Source of the DNA: a bacterium
Lineage (GTDB): Bacteria; Bacteroidota; Ignavibacteria; UBA10030
DNA: 64,000 nt
Direction of reading: 5' to 3'
NCBI GenBank assembly: GCA_043803945.1
Contig: JAZDJN010000042.1
Coordinates: 32,001 to 96,000 of the forward strand
Part shown: positions 1-10,000 of the stretch, one piece after another
Numbering within the stretch: the stretch's first letter is position 1
Layout: each line of letters begins with the position of its first letter
Notes under the pieces: generated by a model
The model's input: the letters and a program-made list of their open reading frames with translations, nothing else
What the model was told of the DNA's origin: nothing
Database searches by the model: none
Program-made: the position numbers and the translations under genes

Positions 1-659
1 TGCAAGTCCCGGCAGAGATCGAGCACAACCTGACGTGTAATTCCTGAGAGAATGAAATTCGATTTTGGGGGAGTGAGAAGTGTCCCATTCTGGATTGCGC
101 AAAAATTCGTATGTGTCCCCTCCGTGATAAAACCATCCCTTGACCAGATTGTCTCGCACGCTTGTTGATCGACGGCGTTTTGACGAGAGAGAATGTTCGG
201 CAAGAGAGCAATTGTCTTAATGTCGCATCGCGACCATCGAATATCTCTTTCCAGCAAAACCCGTGCACCCTGTTCAATCTCATCGGTGTGCGGTTTGAAG
301 GGACTTGTGGTGATGAATAACGTTGGCTGAGTGGAGGCAGGAGGGAAGAAATGCTGCCGTGGATAGTACGAGCCGCGAGTCACCTGAATGTACGCAATTG
401 CCTGAGCGTGATGATGCTCGTTCTTGTTAAGAAGATCAGCGGTGATCTCCTTAAGCTCCTCGAGATTTACACCAGTGATACGGAGTTGATCGAGGCCATA
501 ACGAAGCCGTTCAAGATGAGCATCGGCCTGGAAGTACCCGGAGAGAGGATAGAATCGGATGACTTCATAGACTCCGTCTGAGAAGAGAAATCCCCGGTCA
601 AACGGCGAGAGCCGGGCTTGTTCCAGTTCAATATAGTCATTATTGAGATAGATCCACAT
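1..659 (-). CDS. dat: Class IV PLP aminotransferase, D-amino-acid/D-alanine transaminase type (5' part; runs off the left edge; not in the ORF track)
   Basis: Manual minus-strand translation from ATG 659: MWIYLNNDYIELEQARLSPFDRGFLFSDGVYEVIR...RWSRCDIKTIALLPN...ITEGTHTNF...ILSGITRQVV. Has the DRGF..DGVYE, RCDIK (PLP Lys), EG..xN and LxGITR class IV motifs. GAGGAG RBS upstream. Confidence 0.85.
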   Translation of the reverse strand, partial: MWIYLNNDYIELEQARLSPFDRGFLFSDGVYEVIRFYPLSGYFQADAHLERLRYGLDQLRITGVNLEELKEITADLLNKNEHHHAQAIAYIQVTRGSYYPRQHFFPPASTQPTLFITTSPFKPHTDEIEQGARVLLERDIRWSRCDIKTIALLPNILSRQNAVDQQACETIWSRDGFITEGTHTNFCAIQNGTLLTPPKSNFILSGITRQVVLDLCRDL

Positions 660-736
660 GATGGTTCTCCTCTCGGGGGATGAACAGCGTTTGCATCTGG
701 CTCCTGTATTGAAAGCCACCTACTTGAATTACAGGA

Positions 737-765
737 AATCTAATCATCTCTCGTCTTCTCTGCAA
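737..765 (-). promoter_or_regulatory. Putative sigma70-type promoter of dat
   Basis: Minus strand TTGCAG-N17-TAGATT, ~80 nt upstream of the start codon. Confidence 0.4.
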
Positions 766-799
766 GCCTGTATAATCGCTTTGCTGAATCATTTTTCTC

Positions 800-885
800 A
801 CTCTCCCACTCTCCCACTCTCCCACTCTCCCTGTCTTCCACATACCCTCTTACTCTCCTACTCTCATACTCTCATACACTCTCAA
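800..885. repeat. 8-bp tandem repeat array: (ACTCTCCC)x4 followed by degenerate ACTCTC(C/A)(T/A) units
   Basis: ACTCTCCC at 800, 808, 816, 824; ACTCTCCT 852; ACTCTCAT 860 and 868; ACTCTCAA 878. Confidence 0.9.
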
Positions 886-891
886 ACCACC

Positions 892-920
892 TTGCCTTTC
901 TTCCCAAACTCCAGTACTTT
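892..920 (+). promoter_or_regulatory. Putative sigma70-type promoter of the heparinase-like gene
   Basis: TTGCCT-N17-TACTTT, ~60 nt upstream of the ORF start. Confidence 0.4.
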
Positions 921-977
921 CGCAACGGGTCGTTAATTGATCGTGCGTAAAGCATTTGATAACCATTCGAGAATCCC

Positions 978-2969
978 ATGATACCCTCACCCATTCGGCT
1001 CCCAAGCGACCAAAGGAAACAGCATCTGATACTGATTCTGACGATAGTTATATGGATCGGCAGCCAGTTCATCGCGTTCCTCTATGGCCAGGAGAAGCGC
1101 AATTTGTTGACCGGTCATTATTCATTGTCCGGTGTGAAGACTGATATTCTCCCTATCAAGGAGTGGCATCCATTTCCCACAGCAGATAACCGAGAGGGAT
1201 GGAATAAAGTACCGGAACAAGTACGCAAAGCACATATTAAACGGGCAGAACAATTGCTCAATTGTGAGTGGCCAACACCGAAGGCCAGCGTTTTTCTTGA
1301 TTTCGTTCGTAATGGAAATCGGAGCCGTTATGAGGCAATTTCTTTTGGACGTCGTGGACAGCTCGCCGATCTTGTTCTTGGGGAGTGCATGGAGGGAAAG
1401 GGCCGTTTTTTGGATGACATCGCCAATGGCATCTGGACAATCTGTGAAGAAAGCTACTGGGGTGTCTCAGCACATATCGGTGTACAAAAGAGAGGGTCGG
1501 GTTTGCCGGATGTAACAGAACCGACGGTTGATCTTTTTGCAGCAGAAACCGGAACGCTCCTCGCGTGGACGCATTACCTGCTCAAGCGCCAGCTCGACAC
1601 TCTCTCTCCGCTGCTCACAGAACGAATTCGCGATGAAGTCCGGCGAAGGATCCTTACTCCAAATCTCGAACGGGATGATTTTTGGTGGATGGGATTTAAA
1701 CGAAAGGTGAACAATTGGAATCCCTGGATCTGTTCGAACTGGCTCACCGCAGCGCTGCTCCTCGAAGAAGATCCTGACCGCCGTGCACAATCTGTTTATA
1801 AGATTCTACGCTGTCTCGATAATTTTCTGAACGATTATCCTGAGGATGGAGGGTGTGATGAAGGTCCAGGATATTGGGGCCGGGCTGGTGCCTCACTCTA
1901 CGACTGTCTTGAGCTTTTAACCAGTGTCTCTCAGAATAAAATCTCATTCTTCGATCGTCCGCTCATCCATGAAATCGGACGCTATATCGCTCGGGTATAT
2001 ATTCACGATCAATACTTTATCAATTTTGCCGATGCTCCCGCAAAACATGAAGCAGATGCAGCGGTCATTTTTCGATATGGAAGGGCGATCAATGATCCGG
2101 CCATGACCGGATTTGGTGCGTTCCTGGCGAAGCAACAAAATCTTGGCACAGGCAGAATCGATGGATCCTTCGGTGTTCTCGGCCGGGTGCTGCCAGCACT
2201 CTTCTCTCTCGATGCTCTTATGACAACAAAACCTGCTGAACCTCTGATTCGTGATTTCTGGCTTCCCGGGTTGCAGGTCATGGGTGCCCGGTCGTTCAAT
2301 GGCTCTGCCAAGAGTTTCTACATCGCCGCAAAAGGCGGGCATAATAATGAGAGCCATAATCACAATGATGTCGGAAATTTTGTGCTCTACGTCGATGGTG
2401 ATCCTGTACTCATCGATGTTGGTGTCGAAACGTACACCTCTAAAACATTCAGCAAAGATCGATACTCGATCTGGACCATGCAGTCGGCCTATCACAACCT
2501 ACCATCGATTAACGGTGTGATGCAGAAAGATGGAGCACAGTATAAAGCATCGAACCTCACGTACAACGAAACCGATGCCGCTGCGGTATTCAGTCTGGAG
2601 ATCGCAGGCGCATATCCGAAAGACGCATCGGTAAAAGAATGGCAACGGACGCTGACACTAAACCGCGGCAAGAACGTGGAACTCCATGAACGCTATGAAC
2701 TGGGAGAAGTAAAGCAAAATCTCCAATGGAGTTTCATGTCCTTCAGAATCCCTTCCTTGATTGAAGATGGAAAGATCCTGTTGAAAAGTGCAAAGGGATC
2801 TCCACTCTTCCTGCTCTTCAGGAAAGATTGCTTTAAGGTTTTGATCGAACCAATTATGATTCGCGACAAACGCTTGAAAGCCTCCTGGGATGAAAAAGTC
2901 TACAGGATAGTCCTCAAGGCCATGAACACAGCATTGAAGGATGACTATCGATTTATTGTTCAGCAATAG
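978..2969 (+). CDS. Heparinase II/III family protein (alpha/alpha-toroid + beta-sandwich lyase-like), N-terminal signal or anchor
   Basis: 663 aa; NNWNPWI, DGGCDEGPGYW, INFADA, KGGHNNESHNHNDVGNF and HNLP motifs; hydrophobic N-terminus. Confidence 0.8.
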   Translation: MIPSPIRLPSDQRKQHLILILTIVIWIGSQFIAFLYGQEKRNLLTGHYSLSGVKTDILPIKEWHPFPTADNREGWNKVPEQVRKAHIKRAEQLLNCEWPTPKASVFLDFVRNGNRSRYEAISFGRRGQLADLVLGECMEGKGRFLDDIANGIWTICEESYWGVSAHIGVQKRGSGLPDVTEPTVDLFAAETGTLLAWTHYLLKRQLDTLSPLLTERIRDEVRRRILTPNLERDDFWWMGFKRKVNNWNPWICSNWLTAALLLEEDPDRRAQSVYKILRCLDNFLNDYPEDGGCDEGPGYWGRAGASLYDCLELLTSVSQNKISFFDRPLIHEIGRYIARVYIHDQYFINFADAPAKHEADAAVIFRYGRAINDPAMTGFGAFLAKQQNLGTGRIDGSFGVLGRVLPALFSLDALMTTKPAEPLIRDFWLPGLQVMGARSFNGSAKSFYIAAKGGHNNESHNHNDVGNFVLYVDGDPVLIDVGVETYTSKTFSKDRYSIWTMQSAYHNLPSINGVMQKDGAQYKASNLTYNETDAAAVFSLEIAGAYPKDASVKEWQRTLTLNRGKNVELHERYELGEVKQNLQWSFMSFRIPSLIEDGKILLKSAKGSPLFLLFRKDCFKVLIEPIMIRDKRLKASWDEKVYRIVLKAMNTALKDDYRFIVQQ

Positions 2970-3025
2970 CTTCGGGACAAATGGGGGGCATTATTTCTTC
3001 ACGAGTCTTACAAAAGGATCAGAAC

Positions 3026-3876
3026 ATGATGTCTATCGGCCAACGCACGATTCCCCATCTGATGGAAGAGAGCGCAGCTCGCTTTGCATCGAACATTCTC
3101 CTTTGGGAAAAACGGGGAGAGCGGTTTGAAGGGGAAACTTATTCTACAATTCAAAAGCGCACCCATGCTTTTGCCGCCGGACTGATGAGTCTGGGTATTC
3201 TCAAGGGTGATCGGCTTGCCTTGATTTCGGAAGGACGGAATGACTGGGTAGTGGCTGAACTTGGCATTCTCTATGCCGGTGCAGTCAATGTACCGCTCTC
3301 TGTTAAAATCGAAGAATTGTCCGGTTTGAAATTCCGGTTGGCGCTGGCGTATCGGGTAAATGGCATTGGCTGGGATCGCGAATCGAAAGCAACGCTTTTA
3401 ATGAATCTAAAATATCGGCTCTTCGATCTCCTTCTCTTCAAGAAAATCCGTGAGGGTTTTGGCGGGCGACTCGAATTCTTCATCGGTGGCGGCGCTCTTT
3501 TGGATATAGAACTGCAGAGATTCTTTTATGCGATCGGCATTCCGATGTATCAAGGTTACGGCCTGACTGAGGCGGCACCAATCATCTCGGCGAATGTCCC
3601 TCGTCGGCATAAACTTGGATCCTCCGGATCGATTGTACCGAATCTTGCAGTGAAGATTTGTGAGGTGAATTTCCTGAGCGATGGATTCCCAGTGCGATCG
3701 GAGTACTCGGTGAGGGATTCACGGAACAAAATCGAATGCTGAATAGTACGTTGAAAATGGTACGATTGAAGATAGCGGAATTCTATAAAGACCGGCTTGA
3801 GTATCTCTTTACCGCCCCGGGAAAAGAGCTCTATAATCAGCAGAACCGAACCATCCTGAGGCGAATGGAGGATTGA
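3026..3876 (+). pseudogene. fadD: Long-chain fatty acid-CoA ligase remnant with two internal deletions
   Basis: N-terminus (..GDRLALISEGR..GAVNVPLS..KFRL) is joined in frame to the middle part (GGGALL..QGYGLTEAAP) with the YTSGTT P-loop missing. The C-terminus (GEFPERWIPSAIGVLGEGFTEQNRMLNSTLKMVR...RRMED*) continues in another frame from ~3664 to TGA 3874-3876. Confidence 0.85.
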
Positions 3877-3944
3877 ATCAGAAGATCCCGGGCGATGGGT
3901 ACTACGTGCATAGTGGATTGATCCGATACTCTCCTGTGGGCGCA

Positions 3945-3970
3945 TGCAACAATGTTCTTCACGCTTCGTA
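3945..3970 (+). promoter_or_regulatory. Putative ECF-sigma (SigW/SigX-like) promoter
   Basis: TGCAAC-N16-CGTA, 50 nt upstream of a small membrane protein gene. Confidence 0.45.
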
Positions 3971-4021
3971 AAGAGAACTGAGTAAAAAAAAGTCTCAGCC
4001 ACAACTCCGGAGGAGCCGACC

Positions 4022-4414
4022 ATGACAAAAGAAAGTCACATAAGATTGTTGGCGATTTTTCATATCACCCTTAGTTCGCTTCTGCTCTTCATTGGGATTA
4101 TCGGTTTCTTCCTCCTTTCGGGGATCGGCTATCTTACCGATGATACCACTGCCTTCCATATCCTTGGATTCATTGGTACTATTGCTCTCCTGTTTTTCAG
4201 TTTTCTCGCGGTGCCGGGAATCATCGGTGGAATTGGCATTCTTCAACGTCAATCCTGGGCGAGAATTCTGCTTCTTGTCGTTGGGGTATTGCAGCTTTTT
4301 GATATTCCGATTGGTACAGCATTAGGGATCTATACGTTTTTTGTTCTTGCCGATAACGAAGCACGTACGTACTTTGAAAACCAAGCTGCCACTGGTTCAG
4401 GTCAACCGCTCTGA
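4022..4414 (+). CDS. Small integral membrane protein, unknown function (3-4 TM)
   Basis: 130 aa, hydrophobic; P..IGGIG.L....WAR and P.GTALGIYT motifs; GGAGG RBS. Confidence 0.75.
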   Translation: MTKESHIRLLAIFHITLSSLLLFIGIIGFFLLSGIGYLTDDTTAFHILGFIGTIALLFFSFLAVPGIIGGIGILQRQSWARILLLVVGVLQLFDIPIGTALGIYTFFVLADNEARTYFENQAATGSGQPL

Positions 4415-4620
4415 TGAGAATTAACGAACAGAGAAAAAGGAGCCCCAGATCCGTTAAAAATCTTTCTTCGAAAATTCCTACGGTGATCTTGAAGTGCGTG
4501 TCTCACTCCTGCCAGAACAATCCGCTCAAAAATTCTTATTGACACTCTCCTCTTCATTTGCGATGTTATCCAAAGCATCCTGACATATGAATCTCAGTCC
4601 ATTGCGGGGGAACGATCGGT

Positions 4621-6702
4621 ATGAACGGGGGAGAGGTACACACCGAAGAGGATCGGCTGCGATTGATCCGAATCGCACAGGCAATTGGGATTGCAATCCT
4701 GATTGGGATTCTCTATCCTTTTTTACTCTTACCGGGTATTGACCATAAACTTGGTATTACCATTACACTCCTGCTTGAGGGCGTTGCAGTCGTTGTAGTA
4801 CTGGTTTTAGCGGTGGGTGGTCGCGTCCTGGTTTCATCGATTGTCCTCGTCTTCAGCGCGCTTCTCTTTATCAATAGTATAGTTGTCTTCAGCGGCAATG
4901 GGATCCATGACATCATCATTTTGGCCTACCCATCTGCCTTGATTGTTGGCGGACTTCTCCTGAATCGTCGCTTGTACACGTTATTTTCCGCTTTTGTCAT
5001 CGTTTCCTTTGCAGGGATCACCTTTACTGAAATACAGGGCTGGTTTTATTCTTCGATGAGTGCTGCCACAGAACTGCGAGACATCATCGATAGTACTCTT
5101 GTCCTTCTCGTTACCTCCATTGCAGTAGGATTACTTACCGATTCGTTACGCCAGTCGGTAGCCAAGGCAAGAAGCAATGCTCTCGAATTGGCGGCGTCAC
5201 TTGAAACGCGCAATCGCATCATTGCTGGAAGTCCTGCGGCCCTCATAGCATACGATACCATGGAGCGTGTTTCAATATGGAATCCTGCCGCTGAAAGAAT
5301 ATTTGGGTGGAGCGAAACGGAGGTCATCGGTTCGGCAATCCCAATTTTGCCGCTGGAAAAAAAGGAGGAAGCACTAAGGCTTCGGGAAGCCATTATCAAA
5401 GGCTCCATCCTGAATGGCTTCGAAACACGTCGTCAAACGAGAGATGGTATGCTCATTGATGTACAACTCTCGTCAACTGCACTCCGTAATTCGGAGAGCG
5501 CAGTACTGAGTATTCTGGAGATGTATGAGAATATTTCGGAGCGGAAACAATTGCAGCATCAATTTCCCCAATCCCAAAAAATGGAGAGTCTGGGTACACT
5601 AGCGGGTGGCGTTGCGCATGATTTTAATAACCTGTTACAAGCAATTCTCGGCCATGCTTCACTAGCCCTCCGTACGCTGCCGGAGGGTCATGCGGCAGGC
5701 AATCATATTGGGAAACTGGAGAAAGCGGCATCGCGCGCAGCGCAGCTCACCCAGCAATTACTGGCGTTCACCGGTCGGGGTAAGTATAATCTTGTCTCAA
5801 TTCAATTAAATGAGTTGATCAGAGAAACCTATCACCTCTTTGAAGTCTCAATTCCGAAGCATATTGAGTTTGTACAGGAGTTGAATTCTGAAATTCCCTG
5901 CATCGAAGGAGATCCCGGTCAGGTTCAACAGATTATCATGAACCTGATCATCAATGCGAAAGATGCTATTGGTCATCAGCCGGGGAGGATTCGAGTTTCC
6001 ACCAAACTTGAACAGATTCAAAAAAACGATCTTCCATTGTGGACGCAATCCGGCGAACGTCCTTTGCCGGGTGTATACATCCTTCTTGAAGTTGAGGATT
6101 CAGGATGTGGAATGAGTGAAGATACAATGAGCAAAATTTTCGATCCTTTTTATACCACGAAGACGACAGGGCGAGGCCTCGGCCTCTCTGCGGCTCAGGG
6201 AATCCTTCGGGCACATCATGCGGCATTACAGGTCAGGAGCCGTCTTCAGGTTGGGACTCTTTTTCGGATTGCCTTCCCACAGGTTTCTGTAGTAGAGAAA
6301 GTGTATCTCGAGAAGGAATCTCGTGCGGGAAAATTATCAGGAGTCGTCCTCGTGATTGATGATGAGGAAACAATACGGGAACTGATTCATGACATGCTTG
6401 AAGGGAGCGGAATGCATGTTTTTATGGCATCGGATGGAAACAAGGGAATCGACCTGTACAGAGAACATCGTCAATACATATCCCTGGTATTGCTTGATTA
6501 TTCCATGCCGGGACTCAGTGGCGAGGAAACGTTCCATCGTCTGAAAGAAGTTGATCCGCAAGTGAAAGTGATCCTCTCCTCCGGATTTTCAGAGGGTGAG
6601 GCAACATCAAATTTTACCGGCCTTGGGCTCGCTGGATTTATTCAGAAACCGTACCGTCCTGATACTCTGGAGGAAACGATTCAAAAAGTCCTCCTGCTAT
6701 AA
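4621..6702 (+). CDS. Membrane hybrid sensor kinase (multi-TM, PAS, HisKA, HATPase, REC)
   Basis: H-box LAGGVAHDFNNLL; N-box QIIMNLIINAKDA; DSGCGM; FYTTK..GRGLGL; C-terminal REC (VIDDE..LLDYSMP..KP). Confidence 0.92.
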   Translation: MNGGEVHTEEDRLRLIRIAQAIGIAILIGILYPFLLLPGIDHKLGITITLLLEGVAVVVVLVLAVGGRVLVSSIVLVFSALLFINSIVVFSGNGIHDIIILAYPSALIVGGLLLNRRLYTLFSAFVIVSFAGITFTEIQGWFYSSMSAATELRDIIDSTLVLLVTSIAVGLLTDSLRQSVAKARSNALELAASLETRNRIIAGSPAALIAYDTMERVSIWNPAAERIFGWSETEVIGSAIPILPLEKKEEALRLREAIIKGSILNGFETRRQTRDGMLIDVQLSSTALRNSESAVLSILEMYENISERKQLQHQFPQSQKMESLGTLAGGVAHDFNNLLQAILGHASLALRTLPEGHAAGNHIGKLEKAASRAAQLTQQLLAFTGRGKYNLVSIQLNELIRETYHLFEVSIPKHIEFVQELNSEIPCIEGDPGQVQQIIMNLIINAKDAIGHQPGRIRVSTKLEQIQKNDLPLWTQSGERPLPGVYILLEVEDSGCGMSEDTMSKIFDPFYTTKTTGRGLGLSAAQGILRAHHAALQVRSRLQVGTLFRIAFPQVSVVEKVYLEKESRAGKLSGVVLVIDDEETIRELIHDMLEGSGMHVFMASDGNKGIDLYREHRQYISLVLLDYSMPGLSGEETFHRLKEVDPQVKVILSSGFSEGEATSNFTGLGLAGFIQKPYRPDTLEETIQKVLLL

Positions 6703-6851
6703 AGGATTCTGTTCGTAATCTTTTAGTATGATGTGTGCCTGGCCCGCTATCCTTTTTATTAAGGCATTGAATTTCGCTTAAATACCGCAATTATCATTGT
6801 TTGGTTACTTTCATTTCCACTTTTTCTCATAATAATTCAGCCATTTTTACC

Positions 6852-6880
6852 TTGATACTCTACTGCTGCAATGTTAAACT
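6852..6880 (+). promoter_or_regulatory. Putative sigma70 promoter (extended -10) of the kinase cluster
   Basis: TTGATA-N17-TAAACT with TGn. Confidence 0.45.
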
Positions 6881-7024
6881 TTTATGGGGGTGAGCGCGTT
6901 CACCTCAAATAGTTGGGAAATGATGCCGTAGTGAGCTTCATAGCTCGTTCGTGCATTCGATTGTAACAGTGAATGCTGAACAAGAGTATTCCGGTGACTT
7001 GGTTGGACATCGAAGGATTTAAAC

Positions 7025-10000
7025 ATGGTTGATCTGAAATTGGTACGACATTCTTTGATCCGCGGAAAAGGATTGATTGTGGCGCTATTCTTTGGAGCCG
7101 CCGCATTCTTCCTCATGTTGGGTGAAATACATCTCACAATCCCGGGAACAGTCCTGGTCACTGATCCCCGCGAAATTTTTGTGACGATTGGTGCAGCATT
7201 ATCCGGACCGGTTGGGGGGTTACTCATTGGATTTCTCTCGGCAATCATCCACCCGGTCAGCGAATATCGGGTGTATGGCATCATTCAGCATATGATAGCT
7301 GCATTCCTTGTCGGCTGGGCATATAAGAAAATTCTCTATCAGCGATTCAGAATGCCCTGGATGCTGCTCGGATGGATGATTCTTGTCATTCTCTATTATT
7401 TTGTTGGACTCGTCGTAAGTTTTTCTCTTCTCTCTTACAATAACCATGCACTCTATGTGAGCCTTCTTGGGCATGATCAGCCGGTTTTGCAAACGCTGTA
7501 CGGGATATCTGGAGATTTAATCCCGGAGCTCATTTTGACAGTGGTTGTCTCCACCTTGATCCTGTTTGTCCTCCCCTCGGCATATCGAAAACCATTATGG
7601 GGGACCGATTTACCGAGGAAGACAATTGAATTTGACTCGACAGGACTCAAAAGCAGAATTCAAAAGTTCTTCGAAGGGAATTACCTGGGTGTCCGGGTCG
7701 CTGTCTGGTTTCTGCTGCTCTCGCTCCTGCCGGTATTGGTTCTTGGATTGTTCGTGCAGAATGAGATGAAGGAAACATTCTTGACTGTGGAAGCGCTGCA
7801 AGGTCGCGAGCAAGCACGGATAGCAGCTCGGTTAATTGTCCAACAAAGGGAGAAATCGGTCCAGAATGATATTCAACTATTTGCTCGTGAGAATTTTTCG
7901 ACGTTTTTTGTTGTCGACCGCCAGGCCAGATATATCGCCCATTCCGATTCAACTAAACTCGGTCGTTCAGCATGGGAGGACTATCCTTCCAGTGATATAA
8001 CAACTATCCTCTATGGGATGGATGGTACAATCCGTAATCCGGAGAAAGGAACCACATTCGGTTTTTCAACAGTGCCCCAAAGCGATTTGATTGTCGTCGT
8101 CAGATCTAATCCTGTTAATCTCCAACATTTGATGAGAAGCCTGCTGTGGATATCGCCAACCCGATTGCTGTTAAGTCTCTTTCTCGTCGCATTGATCGGG
8201 GGAACAGTGATATGGTTCTTTATCGTTCGTCCGATTCGGAGGTTGACATGGGCAGTTGAAGAACTGGGCCAGGAAAATTTCCAGGTTCGGGTTGATGCTG
8301 CCGATATGGATGGGGAAGTAGGAATTCTTGCAAATCGATTTAATGAAATGAGTACCAATTTGCGGATTGCCTACCGGGGATTGGAGGAAGAAATTGCTGA
8401 AAAAACAACTGCAAGTGAGGCTCTCCATCTGAGCAAAGCGCGATTATCGGAGGTCCTCTGGATCGCCCACATGGGATATTTTGAAATGGATTTCATTGCT
8501 GGCACAATCTCGCTCTCGTCAGAGGCACTTGCGCTCCTTGGCACGACAGCGGACAGGCAGGATCGCACGACATTTCCAATCGATACATTCTTCGCACAGT
8601 ATACCCATCCCGTCGATCTTGAAAAAGTGCGTCAGGGGCTTCAGCATGTTATTCATGATGTTACTCTCTCTTCGAGTATGCATGAAGAGTTTGAGTTCCG
8701 TGCAATCAACATAATAGGTGAAACGGTTTGGCTCAACAGTCATTATCGGGTTGTGAAAGATGAACAAGGGAAGGCCATCGCGGTCGTCGGTTCATTTCAG
8801 GATATCACTGCACGCAAACTTGCCGAGCTTACGTCAGAAACAAACCGTAAACTCTTTCAAGCTGTCGTCGAAAACAATCTCGATGCAATCATGTTGCTCG
8901 AGAAGAGTGGACAGATCAGGTATGTCAGCCCCTCGACTGAGCTTATCGTAGGGTATTCGCCGGATGAGCAGGTTGGTATGAATCTTCTCGATACGATTCA
9001 TGCTGATGATCGGACAAAAGTGTTATCGGCGATTGAGCATATTTCCCGTCGTCCGGATGCTGCCTTCCGGAAAGAGTTCAGAACCAGGAGAAAAGATGGG
9101 TATTGGGTTTGGGTTGAAGCCGTTGCGAAAAATTCCCTCGGCGATCCGAGTGTTAACGCGATTGTCGTCAACTACCGTGATATTTCGGAACGAAAACGTG
9201 CGGAAGCAACGATCCAATCTATTCAACGCGGCACTGCACTGGCGAGTGGTGACAAATTTTTCCGTAATCTCGCACTCGAATTGAGTACAGCCTTGCATAC
9301 CCGCTTTGCCTTCGTCAGTAAAATCAATCAAAAAGAGCAGCAGAAGGCTGAGGTTTTTGCATTTGTCGATAATGGTAAGTTCCTGTCCAATCGTGAATAT
9401 GAATTGGCAGGTACACCCTCCCAGATGATTATCGAACGAGGCTTCTGTTCGATGACGAAGGATATGCAGAGAACCTTCCCGCACGATCAATCCATTCAAG
9501 AGGCTGGAATACAAAGTTATTTTGGATTACCGCTTACCAGTTCCTCCGGACAGATTCTTGGAATAGTCTCCGTGATGCACGATCACCCGTTAGCAGAGAG
9601 CGAGATCATTACGTCGCTCCTGAGGATATTTGCGGCGCGCGCCGGCTCGGAACTTGAACGGCTCCAAGCGGAAGAACGGATCAACATGCTGGCTTTGGCG
9701 TTGGAAAATGTCACTGACTGTGTCTGTATCACGGATCCTGAGAATAATTTTATTTTTGTGAATGATGCGTTTCTAAGAGTCTACGGGTATAGCGAATCTG
9801 AAATCATCGGGAAGAATATCTTGATGATCTACTCATCATCCAACGATTCAAACGTCCGCTCACTCTTACAGCCAAGTGCCTTGGGGGGAGGGTGGAAGGG
9901 CGAACTCTGCAATAAGAGAAAGGATGGTACTGATTTCCCGATCTATCTCTCTGTCTCGGCCATCCGGGATAACGATGAAAAGTTGGTTGCGTTTATCGGA

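Noticed and set aside
351-1144. Short ORFs in the track (351-581, 640-843, 658-936, 872-1072, 956-1144)
   Set aside because: They are antisense to dat, translations of the 8-mer repeat (HSPTLPLSHSP / GRVGEWESG), or out-of-frame overlaps of the heparinase-like gene
3556-4023. 155-aa minus-strand ORF
   Set aside because: Antisense shadow of the fadD C-terminal remnant; no recognisable motif
4466-4540. Half-matches to the NarL-type box (TTCG-AAAATT-CCTA; CTCA-AAAATT-CTTA) upstream of the 4621 kinase
   Set aside because: Only one half-site matches and the second TCAA-N7-CCGAT element is missing; could be chance in AT-rich DNA
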